From assembly GCA_903828645.1 (NCBI GenBank), contig CAIKNA010000035.1, positions 13,789-77,788 on the forward strand: a DNA stretch of 64,000 nt. Reading direction: 5' to 3'. The notes below the pieces were generated by a model. That model searched no databases, was not told the origin of the DNA, and worked only from the letters and a program-made list of their open reading frames with translations. This stretch comes from an uncultured Bacteroidales bacterium. Its GTDB lineage: Bacteria; Bacteroidota; Bacteroidia; Bacteroidales; FEN-979. Position 1 is the first letter of the stretch, and every line of letters starts with the position of its first letter. Below, piece after piece: positions 8,749 through 17,329 of this stretch. The translations under genes were made by a program, and so were the position numbers.

Positions 8749-10105
8749 ATTTGTTAAAGTTTGCAAGGTGTTCAGGCACCTTCTCCATGCCGGTGATGTT
8801 GTCGAGGGTTTCACGGAGGCGGATCACATGAGGTTTTTCGTCCATATCGATGAGAACAACATGGGGCCGCAGGGAGATGAACTGCATCCACTGGGTCATA
8901 TTGTAAGCGCCGACATTTTGAATAACCACCTGGTCGCCCCGGTTAAGCAGCGGCAGACTGGCGCTTTCGCGGATCACGTCGATGTTCATGCACAAGGGCC
9001 CATAAACGCAGGTGTCTTCCGAATATTGTGTAAACGACTGGGCTGGAGTGATTTTGTGATCATACCAGAAAGAGGTGAACAGGATATTGACACCGATGTC
9101 GAGAATGGTGTTACGGCGGCCGGTGCTGGAGCGTTTGTTTGAAATAACAGATCCGAGGAGGTACCCGGCTTCGTCGATCAGGGCGCGGCCTGTTTCAAGA
9201 ATGAGTAATGGAAGGTTGTCCTGTTTGAAGTTGCTGTTGAGAAGCGCTGAGGATATGGCTTCGGCAAAATCATCGAAGGTTGGGTTGGTATCGCTGCCCG
9301 GCAGGTAAGAGCCCTTCAGCGTGTTCCTGGAGGCGAATCCTCCGCCCAGGTCGATGTATTTGATTTCGTGTTTGAATTTCTGTTCCACGGAAAGTGCTAG
9401 TTCAGCCAGTTTTGACGCGGCAATGCCATAGGCAAAAGGCGAAAGCATGAAAGTGCCGATGTGGCAATGCAGCCCTACCAGTTCCATCCTGCCCGAATGC
9501 ATGATCTTGTTGATCGCGTCCCACGCCTGGCCGTTCTCATAGTTGAAGCCGAAACGGTCCCACATGGGATATACACCTGTATCCATGTTTACCCTGATGG
9601 CGACCCGCGGACGTGATTTGCTCTTGTCGGCCAGTTCGGAGATGGTATAAAGTTCGTCGAGGTGGTCGATGTGGATGAGGGAGTCGTTTTGAATGGCTTT
9701 GCAAAGATCTTCCTCGCTCTTTTCAGGCCCGTTGAAGATGATCTTTTTACCGTCAACGCCGAGGCTGATGGCCTTGTCGTATTCGAAGCCGGAAACCACC
9801 TCGGCCCAGGAACCCTCCTGGTGGAAAATGCTGCAGATGGCGTTGAGGTAGTTGGTTTTGTATGACCAGGCAAACTGAACCTTCGGATAGCGCGTTTCAA
9901 ATGCTTTCCTGGCTTTCCTGATGGTGCTGCGAACGGTCTTCTCGGAAATCACGAAAAGGGGAGAGCCGTATTCTTTGATCAGTGATTTAACGGAGACCCC
10001 GTCAATGTGCGTCATCGGCGCATATTCCGTTCTTGTCCCGAATTTATTCGGCATACCGGTTTCAAGTTTCTTAATCACCGGGCGTTCATATCTTATTTTG
10101 CTCAT
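8747..10105 (-). CDS. fold-type-III PLP-dependent decarboxylase (Orn/DAP/Arg decarboxylase family 2), 452 aa
   Basis: PLP-lysine context WSYKTNY, glycine loop DLGGGFA and C-terminal catalytic-Cys context GPLCMNID. Size and layout match DAP decarboxylase-like enzymes. Confidence 0.8.
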   Translation of the reverse strand: MSKIRYERPVIKKLETGMPNKFGTRTEYAPMTHIDGVSVKSLIKEYGSPLFVISEKTVRSTIRKARKAFETRYPKVQFAWSYKTNYLNAICSIFHQEGSWAEVVSGFEYDKAISLGVDGKKIIFNGPEKSEEDLCKAIQNDSLIHIDHLDELYTISELADKSKSRPRVAIRVNMDTGVYPMWDRFGFNYENGQAWDAINKIMHSGRMELVGLHCHIGTFMLSPFAYGIAASKLAELALSVEQKFKHEIKYIDLGGGFASRNTLKGSYLPGSDTNPTFDDFAEAISSALLNSNFKQDNLPLLILETGRALIDEAGYLLGSVISNKRSSTGRRNTILDIGVNILFTSFWYDHKITPAQSFTQYSEDTCVYGPLCMNIDVIRESASLPLLNRGDQVVIQNVGAYNMTQWMQFISLRPHVVLIDMDEKPHVIRLRETLDNITGMEKVPEHLANFNK

Positions 10106-10156
10106 ATATCGTAATTCTAAAATTCAGTTAAAATCCAATTAACAAAACAAATTTTC

Positions 10157-10195
10157 AATCGTAAATCGTAAATCGTAAATCGTAAATCGTAAATC
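10157..10195. repeat. tandem heptamer array (AATCGTA)x5.5, the reverse complement of the ATTTACG arrays
   Basis: aatcgta x5 + aatc, lying between the ATP-grasp stop (10197) and the decarboxylase start (10105). Confidence 0.95.
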
Positions 10196-10196
10196 C

Positions 10197-11243
10197 CTAC
10201 AGCTCCCCATAAATGCTGATCTGTTCGAACTCTTCCCTGTCAACGATCATATCCCAGGCGTAACGGATGAACATCTTACCCACATCATAGGTGGCAAACG
10301 GAGTTACCTTTTCACCCAAGGCCAGGTTGACCAGTGCTTCGGGTATATTCTGGCCCACTCCGACAGCAAGGTAGATCCAGGCCGGCAGCCGGGGATTTAT
10401 TTCCAGCAAATAAAGTTCACCGTCTTTGTTTTTCATCAGTTCAAGTTCGAAACCACCGCGCCATTTGGTGTTTTTCAGAAACTTCCGTGTCATGTCCAGC
10501 ATTTTTTCATCGGAAATGGATATGCCTCCCCACGCCTTGCCTTTGTCGGTGATGTACTGTTTGCGCATCGGCACCGCGGCGATGGTGTTTCCCTTTCCGT
10601 CGCCCAGCCCGGTCACGTTGAATTCGGTGCCATGGATGAACTCCTGGATGATGATGGGAAGCCCCCATTTGGCGCTGATCTTGTTGAAGTAACTCTTTAC
10701 CTGCTCAATGCTGTACGCGATGGAGGCGTCGTAGAACTTTCCCTTGACGATCATCGGAAAAGAAAATTCCGACGGAAGGCTGTGAACCGTATTGAGATCA
10801 TAGATCACCTTGCTCTTGGGAACACTGATGTTGTATTTCCTTCCGAAATCGTTGAGGTTCACTTTGTGCCGCTCCTCGAACTGGTGCAGGGTGGGCAGGA
10901 ACATGTGAATGCCCATGGCCTTGAGTTTTGGCTCCAGTTTGATAAACGGGTAAAGCTCCGCATCGAAGTTTGGAATGATCACATCGAGTTTCTCCTTCTC
11001 GTGGATATATTCCAGCCGTGCAAGAAGTGTGTCGATACCTGCAGCAGGATATGGGATCGAATAGGTCCGGTCCACGAGGTCGTGCATGTAGATGCCCGGC
11101 TCGAGCGATTCGTAGGAGAGCCCGGTAATGTTTACATCGAACGAGGAGGCCTCCCTCAGCGCCCTGATCACCGATACCCCTGGACCCGGGGAGTCGATGG
11201 CATTCAGCCCGGTTACTGCAATGTTAAGCTTTCGTTTCTTCAT
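10197..11243 (-). CDS. ATP-grasp family ligase (about 348 aa)
   Basis: Start moved to MKKRKLNIAVTG (ATG at 11243). ATP-grasp pattern: PMIVKGKF (Lys loop), IIQEFIHGTEF and ELYLLEINPRLPAW (Mg/ATP-binding E-x-N). Confidence 0.75.
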   Translation of the reverse strand: MKKRKLNIAVTGLNAIDSPGPGVSVIRALREASSFDVNITGLSYESLEPGIYMHDLVDRTYSIPYPAAGIDTLLARLEYIHEKEKLDVIIPNFDAELYPFIKLEPKLKAMGIHMFLPTLHQFEERHKVNLNDFGRKYNISVPKSKVIYDLNTVHSLPSEFSFPMIVKGKFYDASIAYSIEQVKSYFNKISAKWGLPIIIQEFIHGTEFNVTGLGDGKGNTIAAVPMRKQYITDKGKAWGGISISDEKMLDMTRKFLKNTKWRGGFELELMKNKDGELYLLEINPRLPAWIYLAVGVGQNIPEALVNLALGEKVTPFATYDVGKMFIRYAWDMIVDREEFEQISIYGEL

Positions 11244-11484
11244 GGCTTTCGAGGAGGTTGTGATGTTCAAGGATTCCGATGAAGTCGTAATAATCTTTTT
11301 CAAAGGTTGCTTGGTCGGTTGTATATTTATTCAGGATGATCCTGCCGATCTGTTCCGGGTCCTTCTCTTCCCGGATGAGATTGAGGATCTCGATTCCGAT
11401 GGGATTCACCGAAAAGGATTCACCTGTTACCGGGTTGAAAAGCAGCCCGGCCTCGCTGACAGCAACATTTTTTCGCAGTTTCAT
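11224..11484 (-). CDS. PqqD-family small protein (peptide chaperone / RRE-like), 86 aa
   Basis: The pattern ...GLLFNPVTGESFSVNPIGIEILNLIREEKDPEQIGRIILNKY... is the PqqD winged-helix pattern. The 3' end overlaps the ATP-grasp start by 20 nt. Confidence 0.65.
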   Translation of the reverse strand: MKLRKNVAVSEAGLLFNPVTGESFSVNPIGIEILNLIREEKDPEQIGRIILNKYTTDQATFEKDYYDFIGILEHHNLLESHEETKA

Positions 11485-11506
11485 GGGTTTTGTTTTAATG
11501 ATGCTG

Positions 11507-11514
11507 CAATATTA
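11507..11514 (-). promoter_or_regulatory. possible -7 box (TAATATTG, one mismatch) for the PqqD operon
   Basis: 22 nt upstream of the ATG at 11484. Imperfect match to TAnnTTTG. Confidence 0.3.
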
Positions 11515-11573
11515 AGCACACCCCCCGGCCGGGATGTTACGAAATTATAAAAAGGATGTATAAAATTTTAAGA

Positions 11574-12194
11574 TCACCGTCTGTCCTGTAAAAATAATCC
11601 GCCGGGACCAAGTTTATCAATGCCTGAACGGCTGTTGGCCGGGGTCACCCGGTATTCGGTCACCGATATCCCGGTTATCGATTTGAACTGCGTGGAGAGA
11701 TACTGCACGCTGCTGTAACCCATCATGTAAGCGATCTCGCTGAGGGTGAGTTCCCCGTATTCGATGAGTTCCCTCACCTTTTCAATTTTATGCAGGATGG
11801 TGAATTTCTCGAGGGTGGTACCTTCGTGCTTCGAAAAGAGTGAGGAAATATAAGGGTACGACATGCCGAACCGCTCAACCAGGTAATCTGAATTGCGCAC
11901 CATGGCGTTGTAGGTTGAATGATGGACCAGTTCGATCACAGCTTGCTTAATCTGTTCAACCAGCATTTTTTCCTTATCCCTGAGGATCTCAAACCCATAC
12001 CCCTCCAGCATCGTTTCGATCTTTTTCCAGGTAATCTTCTTCGGGTCGATGGAGAGTTGGAGCGTTCCCAGCCTGATGTCGTGGATTTCGACACCGTCCA
12101 CGGAAAGCTCTTTGCGAAGCAAATGGATGCAGCAACTACAGGTCATGTTCTTCACATGGAAGGTACGGGCAGGATGTGCTGTTTTTTTCTTCAT
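11574..12194 (-). CDS. AraC-family transcriptional regulator with N-terminal heavy-metal-associated (HMA)-like domain, 206 aa
   Basis: VKNMTCSCCIHLL resembles the GMTCxxC metal-binding loop. The C-terminal SEIAYMMGYSSVQYLSTQFKSITGISVTEYR is the AraC HTH. Confidence 0.75.
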   Translation of the reverse strand: MKKKTAHPARTFHVKNMTCSCCIHLLRKELSVDGVEIHDIRLGTLQLSIDPKKITWKKIETMLEGYGFEILRDKEKMLVEQIKQAVIELVHHSTYNAMVRNSDYLVERFGMSYPYISSLFSKHEGTTLEKFTILHKIEKVRELIEYGELTLSEIAYMMGYSSVQYLSTQFKSITGISVTEYRVTPANSRSGIDKLGPGGLFLQDRR

Positions 12195-12203
12195 AAGGAT
12201 GGC

Positions 12204-13463
12204 TCACACAAGTTCATAGTGGTAAGAGTCCTGGCGGATAAAGATAAACAATAACACCGTGAAAGCCCATAACGAGGACCCACCATAGCTCACATAGGGC
12301 AGCGGGATGCCGATCACCGGTACAAGCCCGAGGGTCATCCCTATATTGATGGCAAAATGAAAAAAGAGGATCGATGCCACGCCATAGCCATATAGCCTGC
12401 TGAACCGCGAACGCTGTCGCTCGGCCATGAGGATGAGGCGAATGAAAAGACCCATGTAAAGTATCACCAATACCGCCGAGCCCAGGAATCCCCATTCTTC
12501 GCCCACGGTGCAAAAAATAAAATCGGTGCTCTGCTCCGGCACAAAATTGTATTTTGTCTGTGTCCCCTGTAAAAATCCTTTACCGAAAAATTTCCCTGAC
12601 CCGATGGCGATAAGCGACTGGTTGACATTGTACCCCGCCCCCCTGAGGTCAACGTCTTGTCCGAGCAATACATGGATCCGGTTGCGCTGATGCGGTTCAA
12701 GGATGTGATTTACGCTGTAATCCACTGAAAAGACAAACCCCAACGCACCCATGAATGCGGCAATGATGAGCAGGTTGGTACGCAGTTTCCGGTTGCTGAA
12801 AAAATAGAAACCACCTGCTGCCATAAGCAGCACCGCAACCAGCACAACTTTTGGCAGTACCAGTGCAAGTATGCCCAGGACGGGCAGAACGATGAACGCC
12901 AGCGGGACAAACCCGGTAAGACCGGCACGGTAAAGCACGATGACCAGTGTAAGGAAGACGATGGCAGAACCGGTGTCGTGCTGCAGGAATACGACCAGCG
13001 CTGGTACAAGAATAATTGCGGAGGCGATTACCAGGCTGCGGAATTTGGCAAGGCTTACATCCAGTGTTCCCAGGTACTTTGCCAGGGCAAGCACGGTAGC
13101 CATCTTGGCAAATTCGGCAGGCTGAATGCCGAAGCCGCCAATGGCGAACCAGCCCTTTGAGCCTGCCACTTCGCGCCCCGAAAAGATCACGATCACCAAC
13201 ATGAATAGAAAAAAACCATAAATGAACCAGGCGAACTGCGAGAAAAACTTGGGGTCGATGATCAGGATTCCCATGGCCAACAGGATGGCCGCAAGGATGA
13301 AGATCATCTGTTTCCCGTATTTCTGCGACAGGTCGGCAATCTGGTTGTGGGTGTCGTTATACACCGCGGCATAGATGTTCAGCCAGCCGATGAAGACCAG
13401 CGTGAGGTAGAGCCCCACCACCACCCAGTCAATCCGGTAAAATATTCCCTTGTCCTCTCTCAC
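12204..13463 (-). CDS. rodA: rod shape-determining protein RodA (SEDS/FtsW-RodA-SpoVE family)
   Basis: About 10 TM helices and the conserved NQSLIAIGSGKFFGKG...PEQSTDFIF motif. Sits immediately downstream of PBP2. GTG start. Confidence 0.85.
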   Translation of the reverse strand: MREDKGIFYRIDWVVVGLYLTLVFIGWLNIYAAVYNDTHNQIADLSQKYGKQMIFILAAILLAMGILIIDPKFFSQFAWFIYGFFLFMLVIVIFSGREVAGSKGWFAIGGFGIQPAEFAKMATVLALAKYLGTLDVSLAKFRSLVIASAIILVPALVVFLQHDTGSAIVFLTLVIVLYRAGLTGFVPLAFIVLPVLGILALVLPKVVLVAVLLMAAGGFYFFSNRKLRTNLLIIAAFMGALGFVFSVDYSVNHILEPHQRNRIHVLLGQDVDLRGAGYNVNQSLIAIGSGKFFGKGFLQGTQTKYNFVPEQSTDFIFCTVGEEWGFLGSAVLVILYMGLFIRLILMAERQRSRFSRLYGYGVASILFFHFAINIGMTLGLVPVIGIPLPYVSYGGSSLWAFTVLLFIFIRQDSYHYELV

Positions 13464-15294
13464 TTTCAGGTTGTTTTCCGTTTATCAGGTTCCCGCTGAC
13501 CATGCGCTCTTCAAGTTCCTTGCGCTTAACAGTACGGTTCAGGTATTTTTCAATCATAAGGCTGGCGATCGGGGCGGCCCACAATGCCCCTGTACCTGCA
13601 TTTTCAACTACCACCGAGATGGCGATCTTTGCATTGTTCCGGGGTGCAAAGGCGATGAAGAGCGAATGGTTCTTCCCGTGCGGGTTTTGGGCGGTACCTG
13701 TTTTTCCGCAGATGACGATGCTGTCTAGCTGGGCAACTCTTCCCGTTCCCCCGGTTACTACATCTGCCATCCCTTCAATTACCACCTCGAAATACCGCTC
13801 GTCGACCAGTACCTTGTGTTTTACATTGTAGGCCTCGTTCAGGCTGTCTTTTCTTCCGATAGCCCGGATCACATGCGGGGTGTAGTACCATCCCCGGTTC
13901 GAAATAAGGGCGGCCTGGTTGGCGAGTTGCATCGGTGTGATGCCGATTTCGCCCTGGCCGATGGCCAGTGAAATGATGGTCATCGACCGCCAGCGGTTCA
14001 GTCCATGGTATTTATCGTAGTAGGAGGGCGAGGGAATGTTCCCGTTGAGTTCACCGGGAATGTCGATTCCCAGCTTTTTCCCGAACCCGAAGCTCATAAC
14101 CTCTTTACGCCAGCTTTCGTATGCCTGCCGGGTGCTGCTGTATGAGGATTTGTCGATGATCGATTTAAAGACCCGGCAAAAATAGGCGTTACACGATATC
14201 TGGATGGCACCCACCAGGTCGAGGGGTGAGGGATGCGGATGGCACCCCACCTTTTTGCCATTTCCCAACGGAAATCCTCCCTGGCAACCGTAACGTGTTT
14301 CGGGAAAAAGAACCCCCTCCTGCTGACCCACCAGCGCATCCACCAGTTTGAAGGTCGATCCGGGAGGATACATGGCCATCAGGGCCCGGTTGAAAAGGGG
14401 CATATAGACCGTGTCCTGCAGCAGTTTTGTGTAATTCTTCCTGCGGATATTGCCGGCAAGCAGGTTGGGATCGTACGACGGGCTGGTGATAATGCACAGT
14501 ATCTCGCCTGTTTGCGGTTCGATGGCAACGATGCTGCCTTTCTTGTTGGTCATCAGCAACTCGCCATATTCCTGCAACTCCGCGTCAATCGAAGAGTAGA
14601 GATTTGTCCCGGCCACCGAAGTGGTGTCGTACCTGCCGTCACGGAAACTGCCTTTATCCCGGTTCAACACATCGAACACGCGGATCTTCATCCCCTTTTT
14701 CCCGCGGAGGATATCCTCATACGACTTCTCAATGCCGTTGATGCCGATGTAGTCGCCCGGCCGGTAATAACTGTTCTTTTCAATCACCTCCGGGCTCGCT
14801 TCCCCAATATACCCGAAGCTGTGCGCCGCCACCTTGTAGGTGTATTTTCGCAGGGTACGCGACTGAACATAAAATCCCGGGAACAGGAAGAGTTTCTCTT
14901 CAAGGAACCCGTAATTGTCGCGGGTAATCTGTGCTTCAAAAATGGAGGGACGGTACGTGGAATAACTGCTGGCCTTTTCCATGCGGTTGAGAAACTCCTC
15001 CCTGTCGATGCCGAGCAGGTGGCAAAGCGCCATGGTGTCGGGGTTTTTCACCTGCCGCGGTATGACCATCAGGTCATAGGCTGCCTCGTTGTATACAAGC
15101 AGTTTGCCGTTGCGGTCAAACACCAGTCCGCGGGCAGGGTATTGGGTAACATACCGAAGCACATTGTTGTTGGCCGAGAGGATATATTTATCGACCAGGA
15201 TCTGCACATAGAAGAGACGTGCCAGGTAGACAATGCCGATCAGCAGGAAAAACCCGATGATGATGTATTTCCGGTCAGCGTAAATCCGTTCCAT
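13429..15294 (-). CDS. mrdA: penicillin-binding protein 2 (elongasome transpeptidase)
   Basis: Active-site motifs SxxK (GSTFKL), SxN (QISCNAYF) and KTGT (GKTGTAQ). N-terminal TM anchor. Paired with rodA. Confidence 0.9.
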   Translation of the reverse strand: MERIYADRKYIIIGFFLLIGIVYLARLFYVQILVDKYILSANNNVLRYVTQYPARGLVFDRNGKLLVYNEAAYDLMVIPRQVKNPDTMALCHLLGIDREEFLNRMEKASSYSTYRPSIFEAQITRDNYGFLEEKLFLFPGFYVQSRTLRKYTYKVAAHSFGYIGEASPEVIEKNSYYRPGDYIGINGIEKSYEDILRGKKGMKIRVFDVLNRDKGSFRDGRYDTTSVAGTNLYSSIDAELQEYGELLMTNKKGSIVAIEPQTGEILCIITSPSYDPNLLAGNIRRKNYTKLLQDTVYMPLFNRALMAMYPPGSTFKLVDALVGQQEGVLFPETRYGCQGGFPLGNGKKVGCHPHPSPLDLVGAIQISCNAYFCRVFKSIIDKSSYSSTRQAYESWRKEVMSFGFGKKLGIDIPGELNGNIPSPSYYDKYHGLNRWRSMTIISLAIGQGEIGITPMQLANQAALISNRGWYYTPHVIRAIGRKDSLNEAYNVKHKVLVDERYFEVVIEGMADVVTGGTGRVAQLDSIVICGKTGTAQNPHGKNHSLFIAFAPRNNAKIAISVVVENAGTGALWAAPIASLMIEKYLNRTVKRKELEERMVSGNLINGKQPESERGQGNILPD

Positions 15295-15300
15295 ATGCCC

Positions 15301-15828
15301 TTAGCGCCTCTTCAGGATGATGGGTGGGGTGGAATCCACATTGCTTTTATTCAGTGCGCGATCGTAGATGAAGAATTTAAACTTGATGGTGTCGTGCACC
15401 GGAAACGGGTTCAGGGTCAGGGTATCCACGATGATTCCCTTGATCGCCTTGCTGGGGTCGTTTGGAGTAAGGTAGGGGATGCGGGCATTATAGGAAGGAT
15501 CGAGACTCACCTTTACGAAGGTGCCGTACTGCTTTTCGTAGTAATCAATGATGTAGTCGTAATAATAGATGCTCCCGGTATCGAAAGGGGGCTGTGTCTG
15601 AGTGGGCAACAGTCCGATGTCGCCGTTCCCGTCCTTGAACGAAATGGTGAGAAAACCGCGTTTGGCATACATCCCCGAATCGAACTGCATGGTAAAGTTC
15701 TCGAATTGTATGGCAGGTATGTCGGGGTAAACCTCTTTTTTCATACACGATGAAAACAGCATCATAACTGAAGTCAGCGCGATAAAAAAGCAATTGCGAA
15801 AACCTTGAAGATTGCGATAAAACATCAT
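15301..15828 (-). CDS. hypothetical lipoprotein, 175 aa
   Basis: Lipobox-like LFSSC after a hydrophobic stretch. Occupies the position upstream of mrdA where mreD often sits, but it is not polytopic. Confidence 0.55.
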   Translation of the reverse strand: MMFYRNLQGFRNCFFIALTSVMMLFSSCMKKEVYPDIPAIQFENFTMQFDSGMYAKRGFLTISFKDGNGDIGLLPTQTQPPFDTGSIYYYDYIIDYYEKQYGTFVKVSLDPSYNARIPYLTPNDPSKAIKGIIVDTLTLNPFPVHDTIKFKFFIYDRALNKSNVDSTPPIILKRR

Positions 15829-15881
15829 GAAAGGGTCAACGTTTATTCAGTACCTTTACGGGCTGTAAAAGTACAAAAAAA

Positions 15882-16850
15882 GTGGGAAATATTTTTGAAA
15901 TATCCTCCGAAGCTGAGTTCACAGCCTGCGCACTGGAATTGTTCCGTTATCAATACAAGCAGAACGCAGTGTATCATGCATTCGTGGAGGCGCGCAAAGT
16001 GGTTGTTGAAAACATCCTACGGGTGGATGATATCCCTTTTCTCCCCATCGAATTTTTCAAAACCCATGATGTGGTTTGCGGGAATGTCCCTCCCCAGGCC
16101 ATCTTCCGCAGCAGCGGGACAACAGGCATGGTCCGCAGCCGCCACCTTGTTACCGATCTGACCGTGTATCGCCGCTCATTCATCAAGGGCTTTGAACATT
16201 GTTACGGGGACCCGGAGGATGTCCAGTTCCTGGCCCTCACGCCCACACCCGAACAGGCTCCCGATTCATCGCTCGTTTACATGATCCAGAAGCTGATGGA
16301 TGTTAGCAGCAGCCCCGAAAATGGCTTTTTCCTGGCCAGCCATTCGGGATTGAGCGCCCGGTTGCGTCAGCGGCGTGCACGGAACAAAAAGGTTGTGCTG
16401 ATAGGCCTTACCTATGCGCTCGTCGATTTTGCTGCCAGTTATCCCGGGGATTACACCCCGCTCATCGTCATCGAAACCGGCGGAATGAAAGGGCATCGCA
16501 CCGAAATCACCCGCGAAGAGCTTCATTCACTTCTTTGCCCTGCTTTCGGCGTAGAGCAGATCCATTCGGAATATGGCATGACCGAATTGTTGTCACAAGC
16601 CTGGTCGCAGGGAGAGGGACGTTTCAATACCCCCCCGTGGATGAAGGTGCTGATCAGGGATGCCAATGATCCGCTGGGATATGTGGGCACCGGGGAGACC
16701 GGGGGCATCAACATCATCGACCTGGCCAACCAGGATTCATGCAGTTTCATCGCCACCCAGGACCTTGGCCGCATGCATTATGACGGACAATTTGAAGTCC
16801 TTGGCCGGTTTGAAGCTTCCGATGCAAGAGGGTGCAGCCTTCTTATCTGA
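15882..16850 (+). CDS. LuxE/PaaK-like acyl-adenylate-forming enzyme (acyl-protein synthetase family), 322 aa
   Basis: FRSSGTTG adenylation motif and a YGMTE motif. Size and layout are typical of Bacteroidota LuxE-like proteins. GTG start. Confidence 0.6.
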   Translation: MGNIFEISSEAEFTACALELFRYQYKQNAVYHAFVEARKVVVENILRVDDIPFLPIEFFKTHDVVCGNVPPQAIFRSSGTTGMVRSRHLVTDLTVYRRSFIKGFEHCYGDPEDVQFLALTPTPEQAPDSSLVYMIQKLMDVSSSPENGFFLASHSGLSARLRQRRARNKKVVLIGLTYALVDFAASYPGDYTPLIVIETGGMKGHRTEITREELHSLLCPAFGVEQIHSEYGMTELLSQAWSQGEGRFNTPPWMKVLIRDANDPLGYVGTGETGGINIIDLANQDSCSFIATQDLGRMHYDGQFEVLGRFEASDARGCSLLI

Positions 16851-16888
16851 TTTACGATTTACGATTTACGATTTACGATTTACGATTT
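16850..16888. repeat. tandem heptamer array (ATTTACG)x5.5
   Basis: Starts on the last base of the TGA stop (16848-16850): tgATTTACGATTTACG... Confidence 0.95.
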
Positions 16889-17062
16889 TAAGCCTGACTT
16901 CTGACAGGATTGGTGTCGGGTTCTTTTAACTCTATGTGTTTCTAAGTGACCTTAGTGCCTAAGTGGTTTGTTAGGGATCAACCAAAATTATTATATTTGT
17001 TATGGTCAAAAAGGACGATGCCTGGATTTTTGAGAATCAGGCATGATTTCAATTAAATTAAA

Positions 17063-17281
17063 ATGAAACCACAAATAAATAATCCCCTCCATGGGAAAAC
17101 CCTGGAGATGATCCTGAACCACCTCCTTACACTATACAGATGGGAAGATCTGTATAAACTGATCAGAATCAATTGCTTTCTTGAGAATCCCAGTGTAAAA
17201 TCCAGCCTGATATTTTTGCGGAAAACACCCTGGGCACGAAAAAAAGTCGAAGATCTTTACCTTGAGAGCTTAAATTCTTAA
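17063..17281 (+). CDS. VF530/DUF2132-family small protein, 72 aa
   Basis: [24 protein letters not shown]...[16 protein letters not shown] matches the DUF2132 pattern as I remember it. Confidence 0.6.
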   Translation: MKPQINNPLHGKTLEMILNHLLTLYRWEDLYKLIRINCFLENPSVKSSLIFLRKTPWARKKVEDLYLESLNS

Positions 17282-17286
17282 ATTTG
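17279..17286 (+). promoter_or_regulatory. Bacteroidota -7 box (TAAATTTG)
   Basis: Exact TAnnTTTG, 43 nt upstream of the ATG at 17330. Confidence 0.4.
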
Positions 17287-17329
17287 TATTTGCAGTCCAG
17301 ATCGGAGTATTTACTTCAATACGGCAAAT

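Noticed and set aside
11485-11573. Search for a RiPP precursor peptide next to the PqqD-like gene
   Set aside because: The 89-nt gap has no ATG-initiated ORF on the operon strand. The repeat-filled spacers inside the operon also lack start codons in sensible contexts, so no precursor can be called from this window.
14233-15753. 506-aa plus-strand ORF
   Set aside because: It is antisense to mrdA, which carries unambiguous SxxK, SxN and KTG motifs. It has no recognisable motifs and an odd composition (rich in R, H, G, V and A), typical of a shadow ORF.
16660-16929. ORF-track proteins containing [14 protein letters not shown] (16660..16929 and 56033..56239)
   Set aside because: They are translations of the ATTTACG heptamer arrays joined to out-of-frame ends of real genes (the LuxE-like gene and sufB). 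They have no independent coding signal.
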